Below are positions 28,615 to 40,055 of a DNA stretch of 64,000 nucleotides, one piece after another. Position 1 is the first letter of the stretch, and every line of letters starts with the position of its first letter. The notes under the pieces are model-generated. The model was not told the DNA's origin. It saw only the letters and a list, made by a program, of their open reading frames with translations, and searched no databases. The translations under genes were made by a program, and so were the position numbers. Origin of the DNA: Bdellovibrionota bacterium (lineage in GTDB: Bacteria > Bdellovibrionota_C > UBA2361 > OMII01). Where the stretch lies: the NCBI GenBank assembly GCA_044345405.1, contig JBIJBE010000002.1:32001-96000 (forward strand). Reading direction: 5' to 3'.

Positions 28615-29634
28615 ATGACCACCGATTACCTCACATTTCCATCTGGCGCCCGCGTTCTCGTTACCGGGGCGTCCGGCTATACCGGCACGGTGCTCGTACA
28701 GAAGCTCGTGAAGCAAGGCGCCTCCGTTCGAGCGATCGCGAGAAAAAGCTCGAACCTAACTCCCTTCGAGGGCCTTTCCATAGAGTGGATCCGTGGAGAT
28801 GTCTTTGATCCCGCTACGGTCGCTAAGGCTATCGAAGGTGTTGAGTACGTTATTCACGTTGCCGCCGCGTATCGCGAAGCGAAGATCACTGACGAGACCT
28901 ACCACAAGGTTCACATAGAGAGTACGAAGCTCCTCGCGCAGGGACTACTCGGCAGTCCAACCCTTAAACGGTTCGTGCACGTCTCTACGGTCGGCGTACA
29001 CGGCCATATCGACGAGCCTCCAGCCGACGAGGCCTATCGCTTCAGTCCGGGGGATATCTATCAACGCACCAAAGCTGAGGCGGAGCTGTGGATACGCGAG
29101 TTCGCCAAGAGCAAGAACTTCCCGATAGCGGTAGTGCGCCCCGCGGCGATCTACGGCCCGGGAGATAAGCGACTCCTCAAGGTGTTTGCGATGGCCTCGA
29201 AGCCTATCTTTCCACTCTTCGGGCGGGGGCAGGGGCTCTATCACCTAATCCATGTCGACGACCTGACCGATATCTTTATTCTGGCGGCACTCCATCCCGC
29301 CGCAGCCGGAGAGGCGTTTATCGCCGGTAATGCGACGCCGAGCCGTTTAGAGGATATCGCGCGCACGATCGCCGACGAGATCGGAAACAAAAAAATGCGC
29401 TTTGTTCGCTTTCCGGCTTGGCCCCTCTTTGTCGCGGCTGATCTTTGTGAGGCGATCTGCAAACCGTTCGGCATCGAGCCCCCTATTTATCGACGCCGGG
29501 TCGCGTTCTTCACCAAGGACCGCGCCTTCAACACCTCGAAACTCGAGCGCCTGCTCGGGTACACCAATCGCATCGGTGTCGAGGAGGGATTACGGTCCAC
29601 CGCGCGGTGGTATCGGCGGGAGGGGTGGTTGTAG
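28615..29634 (+). CDS. NAD-dependent epimerase/dehydratase (extended SDR)
   Basis: VTGASGYTG, HVAA, VSTVGV, YQRTK (YxxxK), RPAAIYGPG. Confidence 0.92.
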   Translation: MTTDYLTFPSGARVLVTGASGYTGTVLVQKLVKQGASVRAIARKSSNLTPFEGLSIEWIRGDVFDPATVAKAIEGVEYVIHVAAAYREAKITDETYHKVHIESTKLLAQGLLGSPTLKRFVHVSTVGVHGHIDEPPADEAYRFSPGDIYQRTKAEAELWIREFAKSKNFPIAVVRPAAIYGPGDKRLLKVFAMASKPIFPLFGRGQGLYHLIHVDDLTDIFILAALHPAAAGEAFIAGNATPSRLEDIARTIADEIGNKKMRFVRFPAWPLFVAADLCEAICKPFGIEPPIYRRRVAFFTKDRAFNTSKLERLLGYTNRIGVEEGLRSTARWYRREGWL

Positions 29635-29646
29635 GGCCGCGCACCT

Positions 29647-29742
29647 GCGAGGGCGACCGTCCTTCCGTCGCCCAAAAATCGCAAACCACTGACCAGCATC
29701 GGTAGTCATTCGAACACGGCGACCGGGGACGGTCGCCCTCCC
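29647..29742. repeat. REP family A inverted doublet (REPIN-like)
   Basis: gcgagggcgaccgtccttccgtcgccc ... cggcgaccggggacggtcgccctccc. Confidence 0.85.
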
Positions 29743-29834
29743 GCCCTTTAGGTTCTACTTCAAACCACTTAAAACTACTCATGTTTTCGGAATGGTGAAC
29801 CGATACCCTCTCGTCAGCATCTCAGAGGGTACCC

Positions 29835-31274
29835 ATGATTGCACAAGAATCGATTCTTTTCGGGGGGTTGGGTGTTTTGGTCGGCGCGGTCACGATGTGG
29901 GCTATCGCGCGAGCAAAGCTTGCTGCCCTCACGACGCAAGCCTTCCTTCACGAGGAGACCTCCCGCGATCTCTCACTCCAGCTCGCCGAAGCTCACGAAA
30001 CCGCCGCTACCTTACGGGAGGAAACGAGCCGACAACGAGAGCGTCTCACACACTATGAAGCTCGAATTCGTGAGCAGATGCAGCACTTCTCATCACTTGA
30101 GGAAAAGCTCACGACAACCTTTAAGGCGCTCTCCTCTGAGTCGCTCAAAGCGACCACCGATCAGTTCTCCGCCCACTTTAACGCCACCGCTCGCGCCCTC
30201 CTTGAACAGGTCAACGGACAGGCGAAGGCGCAGGTAGACTCAGGCCATAAGCTCCTCGACTCTATTGGTCGCTCGATCTGGGACAAGCTCGGAGAGGTCG
30301 ATAAGAGCGTCAAGGAGATCGAGAAGCTCAGGATATCCGGCGATGCGGAGCTGCGAAAACAGATTGATCATCTCTCTCGATTAAACGAATTCGTTGGTGC
30401 GGAGACCTCAAAGCTCTCGCAAGCCCTCACCAACTCTCGGGTACAGGGGGTATGGGGGGAGTTGCAGCTTCGTAATGTCGTCGAGGCCGCCGGAATGACG
30501 CCGTACTGTGACTTCTTCACCCAGGAGCATGCGGCGGGCGAGGGGGCCTCGAGCGTGCGGCCCGATATGCGGGTTCGTCTCCCAAATAACCTTAACGTCC
30601 TTATCGACGCGAAGTCGCCTACCAAGGCGTTTATCGAGGCGCTTAACGCAGGGGACGCGCAGCAACGGCGAGCAAAGATGCGCGAGCTGACGACGTCCCT
30701 TCGCGGCCACGTCCGAACGATGGCGAAACGAAACTATCCCGCCCACTTCGCGCCAGCGCTTGAGTATACGCTCGTGTTTCTTCCCTCCGAGAGCCTTTTC
30801 GTCGCCGCCGTAGAGGAGGACGCCGAACTTCTCAGTTTCGCTGAGGGGCACAAGGTTATTCTGACGACACCGCTCTCCCTGATAGCCTTCCTGAGGGCCG
30901 TAGCGTGCGGATGGACCAACGTAAAGGTTCAATCGAACGCCGAGGAGATCCAACGACTCGGCAGGGAGCTCTTTGAGCGCATGAATCGGTTTTACGACCG
31001 GTTCGCGGATCTCGGCAAAGGAATAGACGCGGTCGTTCGCTCGTATAACGATACCGCGGCCACCGGTCGCACCCTTACGGCGACTCGCAAGAAATTCGCG
31101 GAGCTAGGCACCGGCGAAAACACCGCGATCCAAGCCCCTGATGAGGTCACCACCGAAATTAGGGTTGTGGATAAGAGCCCGGATGAACTTCGTCGGATGA
31201 CCGAAAGACCACCAAGCGCCTCCGTAGCAGCAAGCACTCTTTTCTACCAGGATACTAATCCCGAGTGCGAGTAA
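29835..31274 (+). CDS. rmuC: DNA recombination protein RmuC
   Basis: N-terminal TM plus coiled coil; GVWGELQL, RPDMRVRLP, IDAKSP, FLPSE, TTPLSLIAFL. Confidence 0.93.
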   Translation: MIAQESILFGGLGVLVGAVTMWAIARAKLAALTTQAFLHEETSRDLSLQLAEAHETAATLREETSRQRERLTHYEARIREQMQHFSSLEEKLTTTFKALSSESLKATTDQFSAHFNATARALLEQVNGQAKAQVDSGHKLLDSIGRSIWDKLGEVDKSVKEIEKLRISGDAELRKQIDHLSRLNEFVGAETSKLSQALTNSRVQGVWGELQLRNVVEAAGMTPYCDFFTQEHAAGEGASSVRPDMRVRLPNNLNVLIDAKSPTKAFIEALNAGDAQQRRAKMRELTTSLRGHVRTMAKRNYPAHFAPALEYTLVFLPSESLFVAAVEEDAELLSFAEGHKVILTTPLSLIAFLRAVACGWTNVKVQSNAEEIQRLGRELFERMNRFYDRFADLGKGIDAVVRSYNDTAATGRTLTATRKKFAELGTGENTAIQAPDEVTTEIRVVDKSPDELRRMTERPPSASVAASTLFYQDTNPECE

Positions 31275-32799
31275 GCTGAAATCCAAACCGCGCCGGTCCA
31301 TCGAGGATGAAGTGTCCCTCGATTGCGTCCGCGATCGGCGTTATCGAGGGGTCATCGATCTTAGCCTGATGCCGCAAGAGCTCTATGCAGAGCCCAATCG
31401 GTCTAAGAAGTGTAGGTTCATCATAGAAGCTCAAGGGCATGACCCGTCCCTGGCGAGTGATCGCCAGTAACGTTGACGCGAGGAGGCTTGCCTCCCCGAC
31501 CTTTTGACTCATCGCGTCCGAGAGAACCGCCTGCGAGAACGGGTCGCTCAATGGGAGCGTAAAGAGCCTTCGGGCCATCACGGAGAGGAGCGCTGTTCGT
31601 ATCGGACCGACAACCTCCGGGTCATCCTCGTCCCCTCGAAACCCCCGAGCGATCACATCAGAGTAGATGGAGTGAAGTTGCTTGTCGTGCTGGGGGGAAA
31701 CGGAGTATCCCAATACTCGGATCGCGCGAAGGCGCTCCTCTAGCGGAGCGTCGTCGCCCGTAGCGTCGCGGAGGTTATCGAGAAGAGGCTCCGTCGGCCC
31801 AAATACAACAAGTCTCGCCAGTGAAGCTACGCCCGTGTGGGGATCATCGCAGGCTTGAAGACGAACCTCGCGAGACAAAGGATCGTCGAAGTGGCGCGAG
31901 AGGGCGACTACGTCCATGATGTTAGCGGCGCAGCTCTCAACACCTCCAATCCCCCCTTCTCGATACTCCCGCCACAAACGATGAAGTGCGTCACGAACCA
32001 GGCGTGTCGCCTCCGGTGGCCGCGAAGGCTCCTTGCGCAACCACCTCTCGACGAAGGCGTACGCGTCCAGTCGATTAAACGGGTCACGGAGAAAGCTTCC
32101 CATAGTGTCAACAAGAGCCGCCACACCCTCTTGCGACACCATCCGGTGATGGGGGTGTGACTCCTCAAGATGCGTCAGTGCCTCAAGGGCCCGGCGATTT
32201 CTCTCGGGTTCGATTCCTCCTATCGTTGCTGCCTTCACGAGAACCGAGGTCACCTCGTTCGAGGCTGCTCGTCGAAGAAGCACAATCGGAAAAAAGAGGA
32301 GCTTATCTATCTCACCCTGGTGACGTTCTCGGGTCTTCTCGCTGAAGAAGAGATCGGGATCAACGCACAACTTAGCTATCGCGACCCGCAGGGGTGCCAT
32401 ATCAGGCCCGGCGAGTGGCGAGGAGAGGCCGTGGCGAACGGCTTTCAGCTCTCTCGAGACAAGTCCTCGCAGGAACGCGTCCGTACTGAGCAGGGACTTG
32501 CGATTGATGAGGTCGACGGCGAAGCCAATATGGGGTGGGCTGAGGACCTTCGCGAGGCGATCACCTATAAAGGTCAGGACCCGACGAGATTCGGTGTCGT
32601 AGAGAATTGCTCGAGCCTCTCCGAGATGGACGTCCGTTGGGTGCTCAAGAAGGTGAACGATCTTTCGAGCGTCGCGTGAGCCATGGGGCGGGACAAGACC
32701 GTCCAGGTCGTGAAGGTCCTTATCGATCTTGTTCGTGCCCTGCGGTACCTTTTTGTTAGATGGGTCTGAATCGTGCGGGGGGATGGCGCCGAATTCCAC
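31255..32799 (-). CDS. Hypothetical alpha-helical (HEAT-like) protein
   Basis: About 514-aa ORF with AAGGAG SD before GTG 32799; segments such as LEERLRAIRVLG and RNRRALEALTHL. Confidence 0.65.
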   Translation of the reverse strand: MEFGAIPPHDSDPSNKKVPQGTNKIDKDLHDLDGLVPPHGSRDARKIVHLLEHPTDVHLGEARAILYDTESRRVLTFIGDRLAKVLSPPHIGFAVDLINRKSLLSTDAFLRGLVSRELKAVRHGLSSPLAGPDMAPLRVAIAKLCVDPDLFFSEKTRERHQGEIDKLLFFPIVLLRRAASNEVTSVLVKAATIGGIEPERNRRALEALTHLEESHPHHRMVSQEGVAALVDTMGSFLRDPFNRLDAYAFVERWLRKEPSRPPEATRLVRDALHRLWREYREGGIGGVESCAANIMDVVALSRHFDDPLSREVRLQACDDPHTGVASLARLVVFGPTEPLLDNLRDATGDDAPLEERLRAIRVLGYSVSPQHDKQLHSIYSDVIARGFRGDEDDPEVVGPIRTALLSVMARRLFTLPLSDPFSQAVLSDAMSQKVGEASLLASTLLAITRQGRVMPLSFYDEPTLLRPIGLCIELLRHQAKIDDPSITPIADAIEGHFILDGPARFGFQLTRTRD

Positions 32800-32961
32800 A
32801 ACTGCTCCTTGCTTTCGTATCGACCCTGCAACTAGCTTGAGGCAGGGGACGGCCGAGAGTCTCACGGCCCACGGTGGTCATCAAATCAAACACCGCAATC
32901 GGTTATACCTATGCTGATACGAAGTGTGGACCGAACAGAAAGCTACAGATAGCGACAGCGG

Positions 32962-35001
32962 CTATTCTGGCTCACCTTCCTCGTCGACGATCGTCATATC
33001 CATCGACCGGACGAGTTTGGAAACCCCGAACGGGGGAAGTGCCGCCGCCGGTCGCCCCCAGGTGACGATGCAGAGATTCTCCTCCGCGCGGGTCGTCGCG
33101 ACGTAGAGAAGGTTACGTCCATACTCGTGGGAGCCGTAACTTTGATTGGTTGGATTCCAGAGAAGCACCGAGAAGAACTCCAACCCCTTTACCTGATGCA
33201 CATCGGTTACGAGGATCCCTTCCTCAAATGAGAATGAGTACGCGTCACCGAGCCTTACAAGTTGCCCAAAGGTTGGCTGAAGCATCTTGTACGCGAACTT
33301 CGCCTCCTCAGGGGTCGCGCAGATAACCGCTGTTACCATTGACGGGTAGAGTTCCACCGCCTTGTTGAGCCACTTAAGCATGTGCTCGATGCCGTGAGAT
33401 TCATTTCGGGTCTTGAACCAGATCGGAACACGCCCGTTTCTGCCGGTCTTCACGAGCGAGCGCTGCTGGATATGGTCAGCGAGCTTCATGATAGGGAGTG
33501 TCGATCGATGACTCACCTCAAGCGAGACATACTTCGACATATCGCCACTAAAGTTCCAATGCTTGCGAAGCTTGTCCCATCCGGGGAACGAACCGTGCTC
33601 GTCGATATTTTGGGAGGTATCGCCGACAAGGGTAAGATCTTTGTGGTTCTTTACCGCGCCGATAATAGTTGAGAGCTCTATCGGTGAGAGGTCCTGCACC
33701 TCGTCAACGATCACATGTCCGTACGTTCCGAATTCACCCTTTTCGTTTATCAACCCACCTGTGCGGAGCTGGCACGCCCTAAGGAGGAGCCCGTCATCGG
33801 TCCAGTCGAATACACCTTCGTCGAAGTTTCTTCGCGACCAGTCGTGCGTCTCCCGGACCAGCGCCTCAGAGATCAACCTCGTCTCATCGTGCGCGACGAT
33901 AGCGGATGGGTTCGCAAGCACATCGAGGATATCGCGTTGGAGGCGCTCGATGGTAAGGCCTGTCTCCCGAGGAACTCCCTTCAGCTTCGCCTCAAGCGCC
34001 TTTAACAGCGCCAGAGATCGCTTCACCCGCTGCACGCCAGCAGGGGAAGGGGAGGCGGGGCGGGCGAGCGCGAAATCGGCGCTCGATTGAAGCTTCTTAA
34101 GGGTTCGACCGGCCCACTCATGGTAGGTGCGCACTCCAACCCCCGAGATACCAGCGGAGGGGAGAGAGTTCTCGACGTATCGCCGAAGCGCGGGGCTGAG
34201 CATCAGGAACACACACTCATTCGCCTTAAGGGGCGAATTCTCATGGTGAAGGAGCCACGCGAGGCGATGGAGGGCGACCGTGGTCTTTCCGGAACCCGCG
34301 ACGCCCTGAATCAGGATCGCGGTATCGGCGTCAACGGTGATGGAACGGAATTGCTCGGCGGTAATGAGGGATAGGATCTCGGGAAGATGGCTATCGGTCG
34401 ACTTTCGCCGGTGCATACTTCCAGCGCCCGACTCCCACGTCGCCGTCTTCGCGTTCCAATGAAAGGTGCCGAACCTATTTTGAATCGTCTTCAGATCTCC
34501 ACGCTCGACCTCGACCCGGTTTCGAAGCAGAACCTTCCCAGATCGTTCCCTTCCGAGGATCTCTTCGAGGTAGTCGTCCCCCTCTTTGTATTCATAGTAC
34601 AGCTTCGAAATAGGAGCCTTACGCCAGTCGATAATCCGCAGGTCGGGATTGGCCGCAAAGCCGAGTTTGTACTCAATAATCTTCGTGGAGCCGTTAGCCT
34701 CATCCTCTTCGAGGGAGATGCGGGCGAAATAGGGGTTCTCACGTTGCTTTTTGAGGGTCTCAAGCTCCTCACGCTTGGAGTCCTTGAGGGCGTGGGAGAC
34801 CCCCTCATCTGAGGCGAGCAGGGCCTTATCCTCAACCCGTCGTGTCTCATGAATCTCGGAGGTGATTGCGCGAGCTCGCTGATTTTCGGCGTAGAGGCGT
34901 TGTTCGGCCTTCGCGATCTGCGCCGTAACGCGATCTTTTACGGTCGAAAACACCGCCTGTTCAGCGCTCACACTCTCTTGTTCTTCAGGGCTTAGGCTCA
35001 T
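32962..35001 (-). CDS. HelD-like SF1 (UvrD-type) ATPase
   Basis: NPYFARI, IIDWRKAPISKLYY, QGVAGSGKTTVALHRLAWLL, VDEVQD, LVGD..Q, HRST, KGLEF, LYVATTRA. Confidence 0.85.
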   Translation of the reverse strand: MSLSPEEQESVSAEQAVFSTVKDRVTAQIAKAEQRLYAENQRARAITSEIHETRRVEDKALLASDEGVSHALKDSKREELETLKKQRENPYFARISLEEDEANGSTKIIEYKLGFAANPDLRIIDWRKAPISKLYYEYKEGDDYLEEILGRERSGKVLLRNRVEVERGDLKTIQNRFGTFHWNAKTATWESGAGSMHRRKSTDSHLPEILSLITAEQFRSITVDADTAILIQGVAGSGKTTVALHRLAWLLHHENSPLKANECVFLMLSPALRRYVENSLPSAGISGVGVRTYHEWAGRTLKKLQSSADFALARPASPSPAGVQRVKRSLALLKALEAKLKGVPRETGLTIERLQRDILDVLANPSAIVAHDETRLISEALVRETHDWSRRNFDEGVFDWTDDGLLLRACQLRTGGLINEKGEFGTYGHVIVDEVQDLSPIELSTIIGAVKNHKDLTLVGDTSQNIDEHGSFPGWDKLRKHWNFSGDMSKYVSLEVSHRSTLPIMKLADHIQQRSLVKTGRNGRVPIWFKTRNESHGIEHMLKWLNKAVELYPSMVTAVICATPEEAKFAYKMLQPTFGQLVRLGDAYSFSFEEGILVTDVHQVKGLEFFSVLLWNPTNQSYGSHEYGRNLLYVATTRAEENLCIVTWGRPAAALPPFGVSKLVRSMDMTIVDEEGEPE

Positions 35002-35106
35002 ACGAGGGGACGAAGAATACCTTACCCACCTCAATCCTTCAAATGATAAACGTCCGTTTCGTTCCGGAGGGACGCAACTATTCCAGGTGCTTACCGATAC
35101 GCATAC

Positions 35107-35775
35107 ATGACATTTTCAGACACCATTCAAACCCTTCAACCCCGGGAGAAGTTAGCCCTGAACGGCCCTCGAGCGCTCTCAGATGAGGAGCTCCTCGCAG
35201 TCATGCTTGGGAGCGGTTCTCATGGGTACAATGTGCGAACAGTGGCCTCTCAGGTCCTTCCGGTCTTGGATACCGACGAGGACGCTAACCTGACTCGCCT
35301 TCAAGAGGTACCAGGAATCGGCCCTTCTAAAGCGTACCTCCTTGCGGCCGCGCTTGAGTTCTCCAGGCGGCGCATTAAGCCGGAGGGGATTCGAATTCGA
35401 AAGGCGAGCGATGTCGTGCCCCTCCTCAACCACCTCCTCGACCGGCCCCAGGAGCACGTCATTAGCATCTCGCTGAGCGGAGCTCACGAGGTGATTAAGA
35501 TTCGCACCGTGTCGATAGGGCTCCTCACAAGCTGCCCAATTCATCCCCGCGAGGTATTCGTAGGACCGATCATGGACCGAGCGTTCTCGGTTATCCTCGC
35601 GCACAACCACCCATCGGGCGATCCGACACCGAGCGAAGAGGATAAAAAGGTTACTCGACATCTCGCGCTCGCCGCGTCCACGCTTGGCATCAAGCTACTC
35701 GACCACATCATCATAGCGCGGCGGGGATTCTATAGCTTTCAAGAGGCGGGGATCTTAACGAGCCGCGAGGGGTGA
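35107..35775 (+). CDS. radC: RadC/JAB-MPN domain protein
   Basis: PREKL...LSDEELLA, HhH GIGPSKA, HPREVF, AHNHPSGDPTPSEED, LLDHIII. Confidence 0.95.
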   Translation: MTFSDTIQTLQPREKLALNGPRALSDEELLAVMLGSGSHGYNVRTVASQVLPVLDTDEDANLTRLQEVPGIGPSKAYLLAAALEFSRRRIKPEGIRIRKASDVVPLLNHLLDRPQEHVISISLSGAHEVIKIRTVSIGLLTSCPIHPREVFVGPIMDRAFSVILAHNHPSGDPTPSEEDKKVTRHLALAASTLGIKLLDHIIIARRGFYSFQEAGILTSREG

Positions 35776-36150
35776 ACACCGCTCGAATCCGAAGTTGGTA
35801 AGATACCAATCGAGGTTGTGACCTGGTTGTAGGGCCGACCCTTCAAAGGCGCACGAGACGTACTCCAGAACATCGGAGAAGGCAGCCGTGCACCCCTGTG
35901 CATGTAACCAATCGTACATGCGAGTTACCTGCTCAAGCCACTCCTCAAGGGAGAATTCACTTGCGAGAGCGCGCGCGCAAATCTGAGAAAGGTGTGCCGG
36001 GGCGGCCGGATTATTCTTCCACTCCCTATAAAGGGCGCGCGCTATCGCCGCTGAGCGCTCGGGCGAGAGCTTTGATACCGCCTCTCGATGCTGTTCGCTC
36101 AACGCATTGAGGGAAACGAGGAGGGAGAGGTCATACGCGGGATTTGCCAT
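35755..36150 (-). CDS. Hypothetical protein
   Basis: 131-aa ORF with GGAG SD, directly downstream of metH. Confidence 0.65.
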   Translation of the reverse strand: MANPAYDLSLLVSLNALSEQHREAVSKLSPERSAAIARALYREWKNNPAAPAHLSQICARALASEFSLEEWLEQVTRMYDWLHAQGCTAAFSDVLEYVSCAFEGSALQPGHNLDWYLTNFGFERCSPLAAR

Positions 36151-36163
36151 ATGAAAACGGCTC

Positions 36164-39100
36164 CTAGTATCCTAGGTTTGGCGCGAGCCAGCGCTCCGCC
36201 TCCTCGATCGACATACCCTTACGCTTCGCGTATTCGATAACCTGATCCTTATCGATCTTTCCTACGTTGAAATACTTCGACTCCGGATGAGCGAAGTAGA
36301 ACCCCGAGACGCTACTTGCTGGGGTCATGGCGAAGCTCTCCGTTAAGGAAAGACCTATGGACTCCTCAACATCGAGTAGCCTCCACAACTTTCCTTTCTC
36401 CGTGTGGTCAGGGCATGCTGGATACCCGGGAGCTGGGCGAATACCGCGATACTCCTCTCGGATAAGCGCCTCTGACGAGAGATTCTCACCCTTGCCGTAC
36501 CCAAAGAACTCTCGAGCCCGTCTATGAAGGTACTCAGCTAACGCCTCCGCGAACCGATCGCCGAGCGCCTTGACCATGATAGATGAATAGTCATCGCCAG
36601 CGATCTCAAACTCTTTGGCGAATGCCTCAACGCCGTGGCACACGACCGCGAACCCACCCATGTAGTCGGTTATACCCAGCTCTTTCGGGGCGATGAAATC
36701 CGCTAGGCACAGGTTTGGCAGCCCCTGCCGATCTCGCTGTTGCCGTAAGAAGCAGAATCTTCCTTCCTCCGCATGGCCAATTTCGGAATTGCGAACAACG
36801 ACATCATCCCCCTCGGCATGGGCGGGATAGATACCGATCACCCCTTCAAGCCAGAAACGCTTCTCCTCGATAATTCGGGAGAGAAGCTTCTGTCCCTCAG
36901 AGAAGAGCTCCTTTGCTTGCGCGCCATAGGTGCCGTTCTCGAAGATCGTCGGATAGGATCCTTTGAGCTCCCACGTCCAGAAGAAGGGGGACCAGTCGAT
37001 GTACGAGGCTACCTCAGCGAGTGGGAGGTCTCTCACTACGAGGTTCCCAAGTACTGAAGGTGTCTCGATCTCGTAAGGCGCGAACGGTTGCTTTCGCTTC
37101 CGCGCGTCATCGATAGAGATGAACTTAAGCTCGTCACGCCCAGCCGCGAACACGCGCCGCTGCTCGGCCTGATTCTCTTTGAGGTCTTTCACGTACTGCT
37201 TTTTACGCTCCTCGCTCAGGAGGTGCGTGCACACCTCAACTGCGAGCGACGCGTCGGCGACGTGAACAACCGGCCCCGTGTAGTGCGGAGCCAGCTTGAT
37301 GGCGGTATGAGCCCGCGAGGTTGTGGCGCCTCCGATCAAGATGGGGGTGGAAACTCCCTCTCGCTCGAACTCTTTGATGTTGTGCGCCATCTCATCCAGG
37401 GATGGCGTTATCAGCCCGCTCATGCCGATAAGGTCAGCTTTGTGCTCCCGAGCGGCCTTGAAGATATCCTGGAAAGGAATCATCACACCGAGATCGATGA
37501 CTTTGTATCCGTTGCACGCGAGTACGACACCAACGATATTCTTTCCGATATCGTGCACATCGCCCTTCACGGTCGCGATCAGGAAGGTCTTCTGCGCTTC
37601 GGTAGAGCCCTTTGCGGCCTTCTCAGCCTCCATGAAGGGCTCAAGGTAGGCGACGGCCTTCTTCATGACGCGGGCGCTCTTTACTACCTGTGGGAGGAAC
37701 ATCTTCCCGGCCCCGAAGAGATCCCCCACGTGCTTCATACCGTCCATCAGAGGCCCCTCGATCACATCTAGGGGGCGACCCAACTCAACACGCGCCTCTT
37801 CGGCATCCTGTTCAATGAATTCAACGATACCCTTCACCAGGCTGTGGGAGATCCGTTCTCCTAAGGGGAGGTTTCGCCACTCTAGGAGCGCGCTTGAATC
37901 TTTCTCGCTCGTCTTTCCCTTGAACTGCTCAGCGAAGGTTATCAGCTCCTCGGTAGCCTCCGGGTGACGGTTGAGCACGACATCCTCAACACGCTTAAGA
38001 AGTTCAGGCTCGATCTCCTCGTAGACCTCAAGCATCCCCGCGTTCACGATCCCCATATCGAGACCGGCTCGAATGGCGTGGTAGAGGAACACGGCGTGCA
38101 TCGCCTCTCTGACGTGATTGTTCCCACGGAACGAGAAGGATACATTGCTGATACCACCACTCGTCAGGCACCCTGGGCAGGTGGCCTTAATCTCCCGCAC
38201 GGCCTCGATGAAATCGACACCGTACGCGTTATGCTCCTCAATGCCGGTCGCTACCGTGAGAACGTTCGGATCAAAGATGATGTCGTGTGGCGCGATACCA
38301 ACCTCTTCCGTCAGAATCTTGAACGCTCGCTGACAGATTCGAACCTTATCCTCTCTGGTCGCCGCTTGCCCCTTCTCGTCGAAGGCCATGACGACCATGG
38401 CCGCTCCGTACTGATCGACGACGCGGGCTTGCTCCTTGAATTTCTCCTCGCCTTCCTTGAGGCTGATCGAGTTCACGATCGCTTTTCCTTGAACACACTG
38501 AAGCCCCGCCTCAAGCACCGACCACTTTGAGCTGTCGATCATGATCGGAACGCGGGCGATATCAGGCTCGCTCGCGATGAGGTTAAGGAACCTCACCATG
38601 CACCCCTCGCTATCGAGAAGTCCCTCATCAAAGTTCACGTCGATAATGTTCGCGCCATTCTCTACCTGCTGTCGCGCTACGGTGAGGGCCGCTTCGAAGT
38701 TGTTCTCTTCGATTAACTTTCGAAATTTTGGAGAACCGGTCACGTTCGTCCGTTCTCCAACGAGGATAAATGGATTCTCAGGAGCAATAACGAGGGGCTC
38801 AAGCCCTGATAACGCCAAACGACCCTTTACCTTTGGAAGTGGGCGAGGGGGGATGTCGGTAACACGGTCGCGAATAGCGCGGATATGCTCCGGTGTTGTT
38901 CCGCAGCACCCGCCTACGATATTGAGCAGCTTACCGTCGGCGATCTCGCCGAGCGCACCAGCGGTATCGGAAGGCTTTTCATCGTACCCGGTCTCGCTAA
39001 GCGGATTCGGAAGGCCAGCGTTCGGATAGCAACTGATGTAGCAATTCGCGATCGCCGCCAACTCTTGAAGATACGGCCGCATCTCGTGGGCGCCAAGAGC

Positions 39101-39847
39101 GCAGTTGATGCCAACACTCAACGGTCTCGCGTGCTGCACCGAATACCAGAACGCCTGCGCGGTCTGCCCCGACAGGGTACGACCACTCTGATCCGTTATC
39201 GTAACGGACACCATGACCGGAAGTCGCACCCCGGTTTCCTGAAATACACGCTCGACGCCAAAGAGCGCGGCCTTGGCGTTTAAGGTGTCGAAGATCGTTT
39301 CGACGAGAAGGATATCAACGCCTTCCTGGGCAAGGATGAGCGCCTGCTCGTAGTAGGAATCCTCGAGCTGTTTGAAGGTTACCGCTCGGTACGCTGGATT
39401 GTTCACATCAGGAGAGAGCGACGCGGTCCGGTTTGTTGGTCCGATAGCGCCCGCCACAAAGCACCGCCGTTTCGGCTGCTCCGCCATTACCTGTGCCACA
39501 GCTTCCTTTGCTACTCGCACGCTCGAACGATTGATCGCTCCAACCAGCCCCTCAAGCTCATAGTCGGCTTGAGCGATAGTGGTCGAGGAGAAGGTGTTCG
39601 TTTCGATAATATCGGAGCCCGCGAGGAGGTAGTTCTTGTGAATCTCACGAACAATATCTGGTCGGGTGATACTCAGGAGATCGTTGTTACCTTTGAGAAG
39701 CTTCGGGTGGGCCCGTAACCCCTCATCCCGGAAGTCATCCTCTTCGAGCTTATAGGTTTGGATCATCGTACCCATCCCGCCATCGAGAATGAGGTGACGT
39801 TGTCGTAAAAGCTCTGTTATCTCCCCAAAAGTACTAGGTGTTCGCAT
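36164..39847 (-). CDS. metH: Cobalamin-dependent methionine synthase
   Basis: [55 protein letters not shown]. Confidence 0.98.
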   Translation of the reverse strand: MRTPSTFGEITELLRQRHLILDGGMGTMIQTYKLEEDDFRDEGLRAHPKLLKGNNDLLSITRPDIVREIHKNYLLAGSDIIETNTFSSTTIAQADYELEGLVGAINRSSVRVAKEAVAQVMAEQPKRRCFVAGAIGPTNRTASLSPDVNNPAYRAVTFKQLEDSYYEQALILAQEGVDILLVETIFDTLNAKAALFGVERVFQETGVRLPVMVSVTITDQSGRTLSGQTAQAFWYSVQHARPLSVGINCALGAHEMRPYLQELAAIANCYISCYPNAGLPNPLSETGYDEKPSDTAGALGEIADGKLLNIVGGCCGTTPEHIRAIRDRVTDIPPRPLPKVKGRLALSGLEPLVIAPENPFILVGERTNVTGSPKFRKLIEENNFEAALTVARQQVENGANIIDVNFDEGLLDSEGCMVRFLNLIASEPDIARVPIMIDSSKWSVLEAGLQCVQGKAIVNSISLKEGEEKFKEQARVVDQYGAAMVVMAFDEKGQAATREDKVRICQRAFKILTEEVGIAPHDIIFDPNVLTVATGIEEHNAYGVDFIEAVREIKATCPGCLTSGGISNVSFSFRGNNHVREAMHAVFLYHAIRAGLDMGIVNAGMLEVYEEIEPELLKRVEDVVLNRHPEATEELITFAEQFKGKTSEKDSSALLEWRNLPLGERISHSLVKGIVEFIEQDAEEARVELGRPLDVIEGPLMDGMKHVGDLFGAGKMFLPQVVKSARVMKKAVAYLEPFMEAEKAAKGSTEAQKTFLIATVKGDVHDIGKNIVGVVLACNGYKVIDLGVMIPFQDIFKAAREHKADLIGMSGLITPSLDEMAHNIKEFEREGVSTPILIGGATTSRAHTAIKLAPHYTGPVVHVADASLAVEVCTHLLSEERKKQYVKDLKENQAEQRRVFAAGRDELKFISIDDARKRKQPFAPYEIETPSVLGNLVVRDLPLAEVASYIDWSPFFWTWELKGSYPTIFENGTYGAQAKELFSEGQKLLSRIIEEKRFWLEGVIGIYPAHAEGDDVVVRNSEIGHAEEGRFCFLRQQRDRQGLPNLCLADFIAPKELGITDYMGGFAVVCHGVEAFAKEFEIAGDDYSSIMVKALGDRFAEALAEYLHRRAREFFGYGKGENLSSEALIREEYRGIRPAPGYPACPDHTEKGKLWRLLDVEESIGLSLTESFAMTPASSVSGFYFAHPESKYFNVGKIDKDQVIEYAKRKGMSIEEAERWLAPNLGY

Positions 39848-40055
39848 GGCCCAAAGCCTACCACGGGAGATCGGGTCGTTCAACCAACGGAGATGCTATG
39901 ATGCCGAGATTGCGGGGTATTTTGGCTTGAGACCCGCCACTGACCCGAGCACATCCTAAAAAGGAGCGACCAAACGCCACACCCGCGCGGAAACTCCTCA
40001 TACCCTTCGTAACCTCTGGATCGAACATCCTAACTCAGAGCGTATCGGAACCCGT

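Noticed and set aside
35074-35100. Sigma-28-like promoters (GCAA-N15-ACCGATAC before radC; similar CCGATAC words at 9633 and 29799)
   Set aside because: Spacing and -35 matches are inconsistent between instances; cannot be supported without a genome-wide motif analysis.
39884-40055. Cobalamin or SAM riboswitch upstream of metH
   Set aside because: The gccactg-like word is on the wrong strand, no B12-box or SAM core is recognisable, and metH appears leaderless.
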